NCBI GenBank assembly: GCA_963675295.2
Contig: CAXXKJ010000002.1
Coordinates: 4,192,001 to 4,256,000, forward strand
Direction: 5' to 3'
DNA length: 64,000 nt
Source of the DNA: a bacterium
GTDB taxonomy: Bacteria; Electryoneota; Electryoneia; Electryoneales; Electryoneaceae
Shown: positions 47,253 to 56,816 of the stretch, in pieces
Numbering within the stretch: the first letter of the stretch is position 1
Layout: the number at the start of each line of letters is the position of its first letter
Position numbers and translations under genes: made by a program
The notes under the pieces: generated by a model
What the model was told of the DNA's origin: nothing
Seen by the model: only the letters and a program-made list of their open reading frames with translations
Databases searched by the model: none

Positions 47253-50200
47253 ATGACAAGACGCGCACGGGGTGCCTTGTTTCTCCTTGCCATGCTGTTC
47301 CTGCTTCCCGTCAGTTCACTGGCGCGCGACGGTGTTCAAACGCCATCGCCGGATCCGTTCTTCGATGTCGAACGGTTGCCCAACGGACTGCGTGCCAAGG
47401 TTTCTCTTGCAACTTTGACGGACAGCACAACCATCAGCGCGATGATCGCCGCGCCTCCGGGACGTGGAGTCACGGCTCAGCTCAAAGCGGGCTCCGGAAT
47501 CGAAGCAGCAGTTGCCGAGCCGATCAACTTCCGCGGGATCACATTATACCCGTTGCAGGTGCGTCCGCTCGCGGGACAGGGTTGGTCCGGCAACGATATC
47601 GCGGAGGTGGAGGCTCGGTTTACGCAAGACGGGCTGGACAACGTTGGCGAGCCGATCCGTGTCAGCGAACAGATGGCGCGATGGATCGAACGCTCGGTGC
47701 TTAACAGCGAAGAGCTGGATCTCGAAACCGTCTCCCCCGTCGGCCGGATCCTGATCATCGTTCAGGATGACGCGCAGATTGTAGGCGCGCTCGAACCGTA
47801 CATCGAGTGGAAGCGGCAGCAGGGCTATCGCATCACCGTCTCTCACCCGACGGACAATACCGATCCGTACGCAATCAAGAACGAAGTCACCGCCGAGTAT
47901 TTCAGCGACAACCCGATCCCGCTGGAATATGTGCTGATGATTGGTGATCACGACTCCAATTCAGCAGTCCGGATGGTCGGCTATCGTTACGACCACAACT
48001 TCAACAGCAATCATACGGACAACTGGTATGTCACCATGGATGGGCGCCTTCCGGTGCCGGATGTCGCCATCGGACGTTTCAGCGTCCGTGAGTTGAACCA
48101 GTTGCGCATCGGCGTCAATAAAACGTTGACCTACGAACGTGACGGCGCGCTCGACGACGAGTCCTGGATTCGTCACGCCGCGTTAACTGCGGGTTCGAAT
48201 TCGGGCATCAGCGTGCTGCAGACCAACCAGTCGATCCGCTGGATGTTTGACGAACAGGACTTCGCGGTTGACACGTTGTGGTGGACCATGCCCAATGGCG
48301 GCATGATTCCGACCTTCATCCACAACCAGATTGAGGAAGGTGTCGGCTACGTCAACTACCGCGGTTATTACGGCATGAGCGGTTGGGACAACAACGATCT
48401 GATCGGACTGAACAACGTTGGCAAGCTTCCCGTCGTGGTCACCATCACCTGCGGCACTGGTCTCTGGGGCACCGAGGACGAAGCGATCAGCGAAGGCTTT
48501 TTCCGTGCGGGCTCGGTCAATGAACCGGTTGGCGCGGTCGCCTGCATCGGCACCGGCACCACCGACACGCACACCCGTTTCAACAATGTAATTGACGCCG
48601 GCGTGTTCGAGGCGTTGCTGTCCTACAACATGCGCTCGCTTGGCTGGGCACTGGTCAACGGCAAGATGCGGCTGGCGGAGGCGTACAACGGGACCAGCGA
48701 TTCCGGCTGGATCATCCGTTTCGTCAACTGGAACAACCTGATGGGCGATCCGGCGCTACGCATGTGGCTGAATGTGCCCGTCGAACCGACTGTGACTCAC
48801 ACCCCGTCCCTGCGTCCCGGCAGTAATTTTGTCGATGTCCAGGTCGTCCTGCCGAATGAGTGGCCCGACATGATCTGGGCGACCGTCGCCAATCAGGACA
48901 CCGTGCTCGATTCGCGCAGCTTTGTCAACGACGGCCGCGTCCGCTTGCAACTTCCAAACCTCGATCCGGATGACACGATTACGTTGACCGTCGTCGGTGA
49001 CGATGTTCTACCCTACCAGGCGGTGCTCCCCATCGTCGCGGAGGCCAATGACGTCGAGGTTACGGGAGTTACGGTTGATGACGGCGCTGACGGCATTCCG
49101 AACGCTGGCGAGACGGTCACCCTCGACCTGGAGCTGACAAACCAGGGCAGCGCCACGATCAGCGCCGGACAGGCCTCAGTCAGCTCGATCGACCCGCGTG
49201 TGGAATCGATCGGCACAACAGTCTTCAATTTCCCCGCGATTGGTGCTGGCCAGACGGTTACCGTGCAGGATGCGGTCACGTTGACCATTTCCGGTTGGGC
49301 GCCAGACGGCTGCTACCCGGCAGTGACGGCAACCTTCCCCGGCGATGTTGAAAGCTCGATCCCGTTCGAGGTGATCGCGTGGGAGTTGGACGCCGAATCA
49401 ACTTTCGCGTGGACAGACAGCACCAGCGACCGGCGCATTTTCCCCGGTGAATCCGGCGAAGTCGCGTTCCCGGTCAAAAATTTCGGTCGCGCGGACGCGA
49501 CCGGCCTGCAGGCCTCACTGTACTTCGACGACGACCGTTTCACCGTGCTCAACAACCCGGTAACGTTCTCCGATGTCGGTGCGGACTCAAGCCGTAACAA
49601 CCTCACGGCCCCCTTTATGGTGCAGTTGTCAGATGAAGCCCGGGTGGGTGAACTGGTTCCGGTGGTCGTGCATTTCGAGGATGCAGCCGGCGCGGTCGAC
49701 AGTGTCGAAGCAACCTTCATCCCAGCCGACCCACGAGCCGCCGGCGCAACCGGCCCCGACCTGAACTACGGGTACTGGGCGGTGGATGATCAGGATGTTG
49801 AACTGATCCGGCCTGAGTTCGACTGGTACGACAACGTCCTGCCGATCAACAATGTCGGCCTCGAGGATAACTACAGTGGCGGCGCCTACCAATACGGTGA
49901 AGAAGACGCCAGCATGGTGATGGATCTGCCGTTCCCGTTTGTTTACTACGGCGAGGTGTATGACGAAGTTACGATCAACACCAACGGCTGGATCGCACTT
50001 GGCAACAAGTCGACCATTATCCTATTCCGTAACTGGCCGATCCCGAATCCGATGGGCCCGCCGGCGATGATCGCGCCTTTCTGGGATGACCTGCACACCG
50101 GCACCAGCGGCGTGTACGCCAGCTATGATGCATTGACCGACCGCTTCATCGTCACCTGGGACTGCCTGGCAGCCTCGGATCACACTCCGGAGATATTCCA

Positions 50201-52046
50201 GGTTATTCTCTACGGTCCGACCATGCACCCGACCCAGAGCGGCAACGGGCGCATCCTGTTCCAGTACCAGGACGTCACCCCGGTGACCAGCAACAGCACC
50301 GACAATGACTACATCACGGTCGGCATCGAAAGTCCTGACCAGCTAAGTGGTATCGAGTACGTCTACTGGGATTTCTACCGCGCCGGGTCGGAAGCGATTG
50401 AGCCGGAACGGGCGATTCTGCTGACCGACGACCTGACCTCCTCAGCGACCTATTCGGAAGGCAACATCACGCCGGATGAAGTCGACATCACCCTGCAGGG
50501 TGTGGATGAGACCGAGGTTCCGATCTACATCGAAAATGTCGGCGACGAGAACCTGATCTGGGTGCTTAGCACCGGCTATGGTTCCGCACCGGGCAACGTG
50601 ACCCGCAACAACCGCTTGCCGGTCGAATCGGACTGGAACCTGATCGATGCGATCTCGCCGAAGGACAGCTGGGGCTACTATTGGCTGAGCCAGGACGAGC
50701 AAGGCGCGGAATATGATTGGATTGATCCGCCCGCGGACGCGCTGGTCATGACCGAGGACGACCTTCGCATCGGTGACTTGGACGACGGGTATTTCCGTGG
50801 TGTCGCGATGCCGTTCCCATTCGAATTCTACGATAGCTATTACGATTCGGTGTACGTGAACCCGAACGGTTTCCTCGCGTTCCAGGGGGATCTCAACTTG
50901 GATTACGGCACCAACCAGAACCGGATCATCCCCAGCACCTGGGCACCGAACCGGTACAACCCCGCCGCGCTGGTGATGGCCTGGTGGGATGATCTCAACA
51001 TGGATCTTGGTGGCGAGGTCAGCGTCTGGACCGGCGTCGAGGATTCGGTACTGGTCACGTGGGACGGCGTTTACGCCGACAACGGCACCGGCCCGTACAC
51101 ATTCCAGGCATTGATCTTCAAGCACGGCTGGATCAAGCTGCAATACCAGGACATGGACGAAGCCAACCTGCTCAGCGCGACCATCGGCATCCAGAACCAT
51201 AACGCCGAACACGGACTGGAAATCTGCATGCAGGAACCGTTCATGGAAGATCAACTCAGCCTGCTGATTGCTTACGACCTGACCTGGCTCGACACCGGCA
51301 CTGATTTCGGTGTCCTCGCTCCAGGTGAAACCGATACCGCCATCGTGCTCGCGTTCTCGGATGATCTTCGAATGGGAACCTTCGAAGGCCACGCCATCGT
51401 GCGCATGAACGACGGTGACACGCCGGTAGCCTATGTGCCGCTGCATGTCAATGTCGAAGGTGTTGGCGCAGTGCCGGAAGTGGCGGAGATTGACGACTTG
51501 CACGTGCCGTTCGGATTCCCGTTCGAACCGTTCCCGCTGGATGATTACGTCACCGACGACGTCTGGGGCTCGGATCGTATCCGCTGGTCAGTCAGCGGAA
51601 ACGTGGATCTGAACATCAACGTCTTCGAACGCACGCTGTACATCGAGAAACCGAACATTTTCTGGGAAGGGGCGGAACAGGTTACCTTGACCGCCACCAA
51701 CCCCGAGGAGAACTCGGATTCGGAAACGATTACCATTTCGGTCGGGTCGGTCAGTGTGGACGAAGTTGACGATGGCCTCCCGCGTGAATTCGCGGTCGGT
51801 CCGCTGTATCCGAACCCGTTCAACCCGTCCGTGACGATGGAAGTCGCGTTGCCGGAACCGTCCGGGATCACTGTCGCGGTATATGACGTCCTTGGCCGTC
51901 TCGTGCAAACGATCTCGATGCCGTCTCAGGCACCAGGCTATCATCGTGTGGTCTGGGACGCCGGTTCGCGTCCGTCCGGCGTGTACTTCCTGCATGTGCA
52001 GGCGGCGGGCAAGCAGCAGGTGCGCAAGGCCGTGTTAATGAAGTGA
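47253..52046 (+). CDS. C25 (gingipain-like) peptidase family protein with T9SS-type CTD
   Basis: YIEWKRQQG, VLMIGD, DVAIGRFS, NYRG, ITCGTG, NLMGDP; YPNPFNP...KAVLMK. Confidence 0.88.
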   Translation: MTRRARGALFLLAMLFLLPVSSLARDGVQTPSPDPFFDVERLPNGLRAKVSLATLTDSTTISAMIAAPPGRGVTAQLKAGSGIEAAVAEPINFRGITLYPLQVRPLAGQGWSGNDIAEVEARFTQDGLDNVGEPIRVSEQMARWIERSVLNSEELDLETVSPVGRILIIVQDDAQIVGALEPYIEWKRQQGYRITVSHPTDNTDPYAIKNEVTAEYFSDNPIPLEYVLMIGDHDSNSAVRMVGYRYDHNFNSNHTDNWYVTMDGRLPVPDVAIGRFSVRELNQLRIGVNKTLTYERDGALDDESWIRHAALTAGSNSGISVLQTNQSIRWMFDEQDFAVDTLWWTMPNGGMIPTFIHNQIEEGVGYVNYRGYYGMSGWDNNDLIGLNNVGKLPVVVTITCGTGLWGTEDEAISEGFFRAGSVNEPVGAVACIGTGTTDTHTRFNNVIDAGVFEALLSYNMRSLGWALVNGKMRLAEAYNGTSDSGWIIRFVNWNNLMGDPALRMWLNVPVEPTVTHTPSLRPGSNFVDVQVVLPNEWPDMIWATVANQDTVLDSRSFVNDGRVRLQLPNLDPDDTITLTVVGDDVLPYQAVLPIVAEANDVEVTGVTVDDGADGIPNAGETVTLDLELTNQGSATISAGQASVSSIDPRVESIGTTVFNFPAIGAGQTVTVQDAVTLTISGWAPDGCYPAVTATFPGDVESSIPFEVIAWELDAESTFAWTDSTSDRRIFPGESGEVAFPVKNFGRADATGLQASLYFDDDRFTVLNNPVTFSDVGADSSRNNLTAPFMVQLSDEARVGELVPVVVHFEDAAGAVDSVEATFIPADPRAAGATGPDLNYGYWAVDDQDVELIRPEFDWYDNVLPINNVGLEDNYSGGAYQYGEEDASMVMDLPFPFVYYGEVYDEVTINTNGWIALGNKSTIILFRNWPIPNPMGPPAMIAPFWDDLHTGTSGVYASYDALTDRFIVTWDCLAASDHTPEIFQVILYGPTMHPTQSGNGRILFQYQDVTPVTSNSTDNDYITVGIESPDQLSGIEYVYWDFYRAGSEAIEPERAILLTDDLTSSATYSEGNITPDEVDITLQGVDETEVPIYIENVGDENLIWVLSTGYGSAPGNVTRNNRLPVESDWNLIDAISPKDSWGYYWLSQDEQGAEYDWIDPPADALVMTEDDLRIGDLDDGYFRGVAMPFPFEFYDSYYDSVYVNPNGFLAFQGDLNLDYGTNQNRIIPSTWAPNRYNPAALVMAWWDDLNMDLGGEVSVWTGVEDSVLVTWDGVYADNGTGPYTFQALIFKHGWIKLQYQDMDEANLLSATIGIQNHNAEHGLEICMQEPFMEDQLSLLIAYDLTWLDTGTDFGVLAPGETDTAIVLAFSDDLRMGTFEGHAIVRMNDGDTPVAYVPLHVNVEGVGAVPEVAEIDDLHVPFGFPFEPFPLDDYVTDDVWGSDRIRWSVSGNVDLNINVFERTLYIEKPNIFWEGAEQVTLTATNPEENSDSETITISVGSVSVDEVDDGLPREFAVGPLYPNPFNPSVTMEVALPEPSGITVAVYDVLGRLVQTISMPSQAPGYHRVVWDAGSRPSGVYFLHVQAAGKQQVRKAVLMK

Positions 52047-52080
52047 CGCCATCCCGAACCGTCATCAGATCTAACAACAA

Positions 52081-52109
52081 CGGGGCCACATCGTGAGGAT
52101 GTGGCCCCG
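52081..52109 (+). terminator. Intrinsic terminator
   Basis: CGGGGCCACATC...GATGTGGCCCCG hairpin after the C25 gene. Confidence 0.7.
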
Positions 52110-52347
52110 ATTTGTATCCGGTAATGTGATCCGTGCGGTTCAGTTCGTGGGCAATCGCCAATCGGCCAGTGCGTCATTCCGAACGGAACGAAGAGAAGTG
52201 TGGAAGATCCAGCTTCGAGAGGATCGAAGTGTTGTGGTTTTCTCTGCTACTCTGGCTCTTCTTCAGCCGCAAACAGACGCGGCTTCAGAATGACATCCTC
52301 TCGGCATCGAGCTGAATTTGTCTGTCTGCGTCACGATGCCGCTGAGA

Positions 52348-53277
52348 TCAGTCGTCCTTTTTCTCCCGCCCCTTTGGCACAATCACCTTCAGCGCCTTTG
52401 GCTTTACCTCGATCACCACATCTTTGCCGGCTTCCAGCAACTCTCCGTCCACCTGCACCTTGCCCGCCTTCTCGCGTTGCACCGTCATCTTCTCGAACTG
52501 CCACGTTTTCAACTCGGGAATCTTGCTGATCGATCCGTCAAACAGGCGCCGGATCTGCGGCAGCAGTTCGTGCGGCTCCATCCGCGGCACGGCGACGAGG
52601 GTCAGCAGACCATCATCCGCACGCGCTTCCGGCGCGATCTTCGCGCCGCCGCCGTACTGCGTCAGGTTGGCCGCCGTCAGTAGCAGCGGCTTCTCAATGT
52701 GGATTTCTTCACCGTCCAGGTTGAGTTGGTAATCCTGCGGTTCGTAGGTGAAATACTTGTAGATTCCGGCGAAAACGTACGGCGCGATTCCACGGATCGG
52801 CATCTTCTCGAAATCCGCCACCAGCTCGGCGTCCCAGGCGAGGCTGGCGGTTACGAAGAACGGATGATCGTTGACGAACCCGACGTCGATTTCCATCACT
52901 TCGCCGTTAATCAGTGCCTTCGCCGCCTTCTCGGCGCTGTTTGGAATGTCGAAATGTCGCGCGAACCCGTTCCCGCTGCCCGCCGGCAATACGGCCAGCT
53001 TGACATCGGTGCCAACCAGTTGCGCGCCGAGCGTGTTGACCATACCATCCCCACCGATCACGATGACCGTATCAACACCGCAGTCCATCGCATGTCGAAT
53101 CTTGCCGACGCCGTCCTCGACATTCCGGCTTTCCTGGTACGTCAGGTTGATACCGGGGAACTGATCCCACGTGTCGCGCAGCGCGTTCAGAATGTCGCTG
53201 GGACGAAACCCAGTGCCCGATTGCGGGTTAAAGATTGCGAGCACATTGCGCGTCGCCTGGCTGTTTGTCTCGGTCAT
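52348..53277 (-). CDS. Diacylglycerol/lipid kinase family (YegS/DagK-like)
   Basis: NPQSG, GGDG, PAGSGNGFAR, YGGG, QVDGE. Confidence 0.92.
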   Translation of the reverse strand: MTETNSQATRNVLAIFNPQSGTGFRPSDILNALRDTWDQFPGINLTYQESRNVEDGVGKIRHAMDCGVDTVIVIGGDGMVNTLGAQLVGTDVKLAVLPAGSGNGFARHFDIPNSAEKAAKALINGEVMEIDVGFVNDHPFFVTASLAWDAELVADFEKMPIRGIAPYVFAGIYKYFTYEPQDYQLNLDGEEIHIEKPLLLTAANLTQYGGGAKIAPEARADDGLLTLVAVPRMEPHELLPQIRRLFDGSISKIPELKTWQFEKMTVQREKAGKVQVDGELLEAGKDVVIEVKPKALKVIVPKGREKKDD

Positions 53278-53517
53278 GGTGACTGTACCTGATGTGAACT
53301 GTGGGGGATGTTCGCGATACTGTTGTCTTTAAAGATACGCGGACAGCGTGAACGGGTTGCAGATTATTCTGAGCCCGATGCACGCACCCGGGAGCCGGAC
53401 AGGCTGAATCCGATCGCGATGACGGTCCGGGTCCATGAGGCCACCGCAAACGCCGGAGCCGTGGTTGACTCCCCGCATGCATCCGTTTAGTTTCCGTGGT
53501 TGCTGCAGGATTGAAAT

Positions 53518-53591
53518 GCCCGCGTAGCTCAGTTGGATAGAGCGTCTGCCTCCGGAGCAGAAGGCCGTGAGTTCGAATCTCGCCGCGGGTA
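53518..53591 (+). tRNA. tRNA-Arg(CCG)
   Basis: GCCCGCGTAGCTCAGTTGGATAGAGCGTCTGCCTCCGGAGCAGAAGGCCGTGAGTTCGAATCTCGCCGCGGGTA cloverleaf. Confidence 0.95.
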
Positions 53592-53600
53592 CTGTCATGC

Positions 53601-53636
53601 AAACCGGTCTTGCCACAATGGCAAGACCGGTTTTTC
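53601..53636 (+). terminator. tRNA-Arg terminator
   Basis: AAACCGGTCTTGCCA-CAA-TGGCAAGACCGGTTTTT. Confidence 0.85.
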
Positions 53637-54003
53637 TCCACCTTACCGTCGCACTCTCTCCGCTACCAACCCCAGTTTCGATGGAGCTGTTCAGACACCG
53701 TTCGCGACAGGAAGACGTGACCATCCTGCCAGACCGCCGTCCTGCCTCTAGGTAGGGCGTTCTACCCTTTGTTTATCAAAAACTTAGCCTCCTCAAGCTA
53801 GCCTCTGTCAAGTTTGATTTTAAGTTTGGCGATCCTAACACAGCGGGCTTCGGGGAAATATTTTGCAAAGGTACACCACGCCCTGATCCTCGGTATGCAA
53901 TCGCGTCACATTGAAAACGTTGAATCAAATCGTGAGTGTATCGCGGCTGCCTGCCTGCGAAACGTGGATTCAGGAACGTCCTTAACCTGGGAGAGAGAGT
54001 ATC

Positions 54004-55233
54004 ATGAGACAATTTCGAAGCGCTGTCTTCATCCTGCTGTTCGTCGTATCGTCCGCCGGGATTGCGCACGCCTTATCCAGCGGTCCGTCACAAGGATTCG
54101 CCGGCGATCCGCCTCCTGGCAACACCTGCCATAACTGTCACAACAGTTTCCCGTTGAATTCCGGGGATGGACAACTGGACCTGTCCGGCATCACCTCGTA
54201 CGTACCCGGCGAGACCTACACCTTGTCCGTACACATTGAAGATCCGGATCAATCGCGCTGGGGATTTCAGCTGACGGCCAAGGACAATGCGAACAACGGC
54301 TTTCAGGGAGTGTTCACGATAACCGATGTGGAGAATACCGAGCGCAACGGCGGCTATGTCAATCATACCACCGCCGGAACGTACAACGGTGCGGGAGAGG
54401 GCAACTGGTCATTCCAGTGGACGGCGCCGTCGGAGGACGTTGGTCCGATCACGTTCTACTATTGCGGCAATGCGGCCAATGGCAATTTCAACAATCAGGG
54501 GGACTACATCTATCGCGAATCGCTGACCGTCGAGGCAAATGTGCTGCCGTATGATTTCACTGTGCTTCCCGAGGACGATTTCGTGCCCGCGGAGGGCGGC
54601 TCGATTGACTACACCATCACGCTGACCACCAGCATTCCGCAGTCCTTCCCCGGTGTGGATTACTGGTCTAAGGTCATTCTGCCCAATGGCAGTGAGTATG
54701 GCCCGATCCTCCAGGTCAACAATCAGACCATTCCGCCGAACGCGAACGTTTCCGCGACATTCACGCTGGACGTTCCCAGCTTTGCCCCGTCCGGAGAGTA
54801 CCTGCATCATAGCAACCTCGGCTATTTCCCCAACGATGTCGCGGTGGCGACGTGGAACTTCTCAAAATCAGCGTCTGCGAACGGAACGGAGGGTGCATCC
54901 GTCTGGAGCGATCGGGGCGGGTTGTTTGAGTTGACGGCAAACGAAAACGGTGCGTCTGCGGCGATTGATACCTACAGCCTTGCGGACGTATATCCGAACC
55001 CGTTCAACGCGATGACCTCGATCCGGGTCTCCTTGCCCGATGCCGCGACGTTGACCGTAACGGTTCACAACGTCCTGGGGCAAACAGTCGCCACCCTCGC
55101 GGACGGCCGATATGCTCCCGGCCTGCAAACGTTCACCCTGGACGCATCGAACCTGAGCTCGGGTGTGTACTTCGTGCAGGCGGTCGTCCCGGGCCACCTG
55201 AACCAGATTCAGAAGGTGATGCTCGTCCGCTAA
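54004..55233 (+). CDS. Reeler-like (choice-of-anchor V type) secreted protein with pre-CTD module and CTD
   Basis: G.PP.NTCHNCH, YVPGETY, WGFQLTA, WTAP, GNAANG....GD.IY; YPNPFN...KVMLVR. Confidence 0.85.
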   Translation: MRQFRSAVFILLFVVSSAGIAHALSSGPSQGFAGDPPPGNTCHNCHNSFPLNSGDGQLDLSGITSYVPGETYTLSVHIEDPDQSRWGFQLTAKDNANNGFQGVFTITDVENTERNGGYVNHTTAGTYNGAGEGNWSFQWTAPSEDVGPITFYYCGNAANGNFNNQGDYIYRESLTVEANVLPYDFTVLPEDDFVPAEGGSIDYTITLTTSIPQSFPGVDYWSKVILPNGSEYGPILQVNNQTIPPNANVSATFTLDVPSFAPSGEYLHHSNLGYFPNDVAVATWNFSKSASANGTEGASVWSDRGGLFELTANENGASAAIDTYSLADVYPNPFNAMTSIRVSLPDAATLTVTVHNVLGQTVATLADGRYAPGLQTFTLDASNLSSGVYFVQAVVPGHLNQIQKVMLVR

Positions 55234-55430
55234 GCTGGCACGATCTCAAGGGCGTCCGTCCCGAGGCGTACTGATCATTGCACACGCCATGAATCCAGCT
55301 GGATTTATGGCGTGTGTGCTCCAGCCTCGCGGGATGATTCTACCGCCAAGTACAATTCGCGGACTTTAGAGGCTACAATGGAATCCGCATCGGTGCAGCT
55401 ACACAGGTTCGGTTTGTTACCAGCGTTCAA

Positions 55431-56711
55431 ATGGGTATGGCAGCAAACGTTCAATCAGCAGGCGTGAAAACCGTTTCAAGGCTGGTTTCAGCCTTCCTGG
55501 CCGTTCTCTGTCTTGCGCTGGGGATGGCCGCCCATGCCGGCCCGATTCCTGAGATCATCAGGGTTTATGGCGGCCGCGACGACGAGTTGAGCAAGGATCT
55601 CGTCCTGACTCATGATGGCCGCCTCCTCACCACTGGCTGGACGGAATCTCACGGCGACACACTGGGCGACCTGCAGGTGATGGCCTTCGGCCTGGCCTGC
55701 GATTCGATGTGGTCAATGACCGTGGGCGGATCGGCCGGACTTGACAAGGGCAAGGAAATCGTGCTGCTGCCAGGCGAAGGTTTTCTGGTTGCCGGCTATT
55801 CGGAATCCGTGCCAAGTGATCCGCGGCAGGGGTCGATACTCCGGATTGATCTTGCTGGTACTCTGGCTTGGTCACAGCAGCTGGGCGGACCCGGCCGTGA
55901 CGGATTCTTCGACCTGGTTCCGCTTGCCGATGGCACCTTCCTCGCCGTAGGCGACTATCAAAACGGTACCTACCGCGATGGATGGTTGTACTGCTATACG
56001 GCGTCCGGCGATTTCGTCTGGGAACGCTTTGTCGGCACAGACCGCGACACTCGCCTGTTCACCGCCTGCCAGTTGGTTGATGGCACCATCGTCTGTGCGG
56101 GTTGGAGCCGCCCGGCATTGCCCGGAACCATCCCCGACATTCACATATTCGCGTTGACGGATTCCGGCGATCCACTGTGGGACCGTATATTCGGCACGAA
56201 TGAACAGGACATCGCCCGCCGGGTTCGTCCACTGGCAACCGGCGGATTCGTCATGACCGGCGATTCTGAACTGCCGGCAGACCAGGGCTCGGAACAGATT
56301 GTAATCGCCCGATTCCAAGCCGATGGCACGCTGGTCTGGGGGCTGGCCTGCGGAAATGTCTGGCTGGATCACGCGAGCGACCTCGCGGTCGATCAAGACA
56401 ACGCCGTGTACGTTACCGGTACCTCTGAGGTCAACGCCGAACACGCGACGGACGTCGCATTGATCCGTGTAACACTTGCCGGCGAGTTGACCTGGTTCAG
56501 CACCCACGGCAGCGACGCGGATGATCTTGGCCGCGGGATTGAGATCGATCCGCTCGGCCGCTTGTTTGTCACCGGGCAGACCTTCCATCGGTTCGCCACT
56601 CACCGCACCGACATGTTTATTGCGCGTGTGCTCGACTCCAACCTGCCGGGTTCGCAACCGGCTTACCTCCTCACATTCGACGAAGCTGGTATCGAATTCC
56701 GGCGGCGTTAA
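55431..56711 (+). CDS. Secreted beta-propeller repeat protein
   Basis: Repeated G...W...GG...D motifs with G.S/T; signal peptide; start may be GTG 55464. Confidence 0.75.
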   Translation: MGMAANVQSAGVKTVSRLVSAFLAVLCLALGMAAHAGPIPEIIRVYGGRDDELSKDLVLTHDGRLLTTGWTESHGDTLGDLQVMAFGLACDSMWSMTVGGSAGLDKGKEIVLLPGEGFLVAGYSESVPSDPRQGSILRIDLAGTLAWSQQLGGPGRDGFFDLVPLADGTFLAVGDYQNGTYRDGWLYCYTASGDFVWERFVGTDRDTRLFTACQLVDGTIVCAGWSRPALPGTIPDIHIFALTDSGDPLWDRIFGTNEQDIARRVRPLATGGFVMTGDSELPADQGSEQIVIARFQADGTLVWGLACGNVWLDHASDLAVDQDNAVYVTGTSEVNAEHATDVALIRVTLAGELTWFSTHGSDADDLGRGIEIDPLGRLFVTGQTFHRFATHRTDMFIARVLDSNLPGSQPAYLLTFDEAGIEFRRR

Positions 56712-56740
56712 TCTGCTAATCGGGAAGCGGGGCAGATAAA

Positions 56741-56776
56741 AACCGGGGACACGTTCTTGCGAACATGTCCCCGGTT
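56741..56776. repeat. 36-bp REP-like palindrome / bidirectional terminator
   Basis: AACCGGGGACACGTTC-TTGC-GAACATGTCCCCGGTT. Confidence 0.75.
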
Positions 56777-56816
56777 GGTTTTGCTCACGACTGGTGTCAC
56801 GTGGACACCGTCCAGC

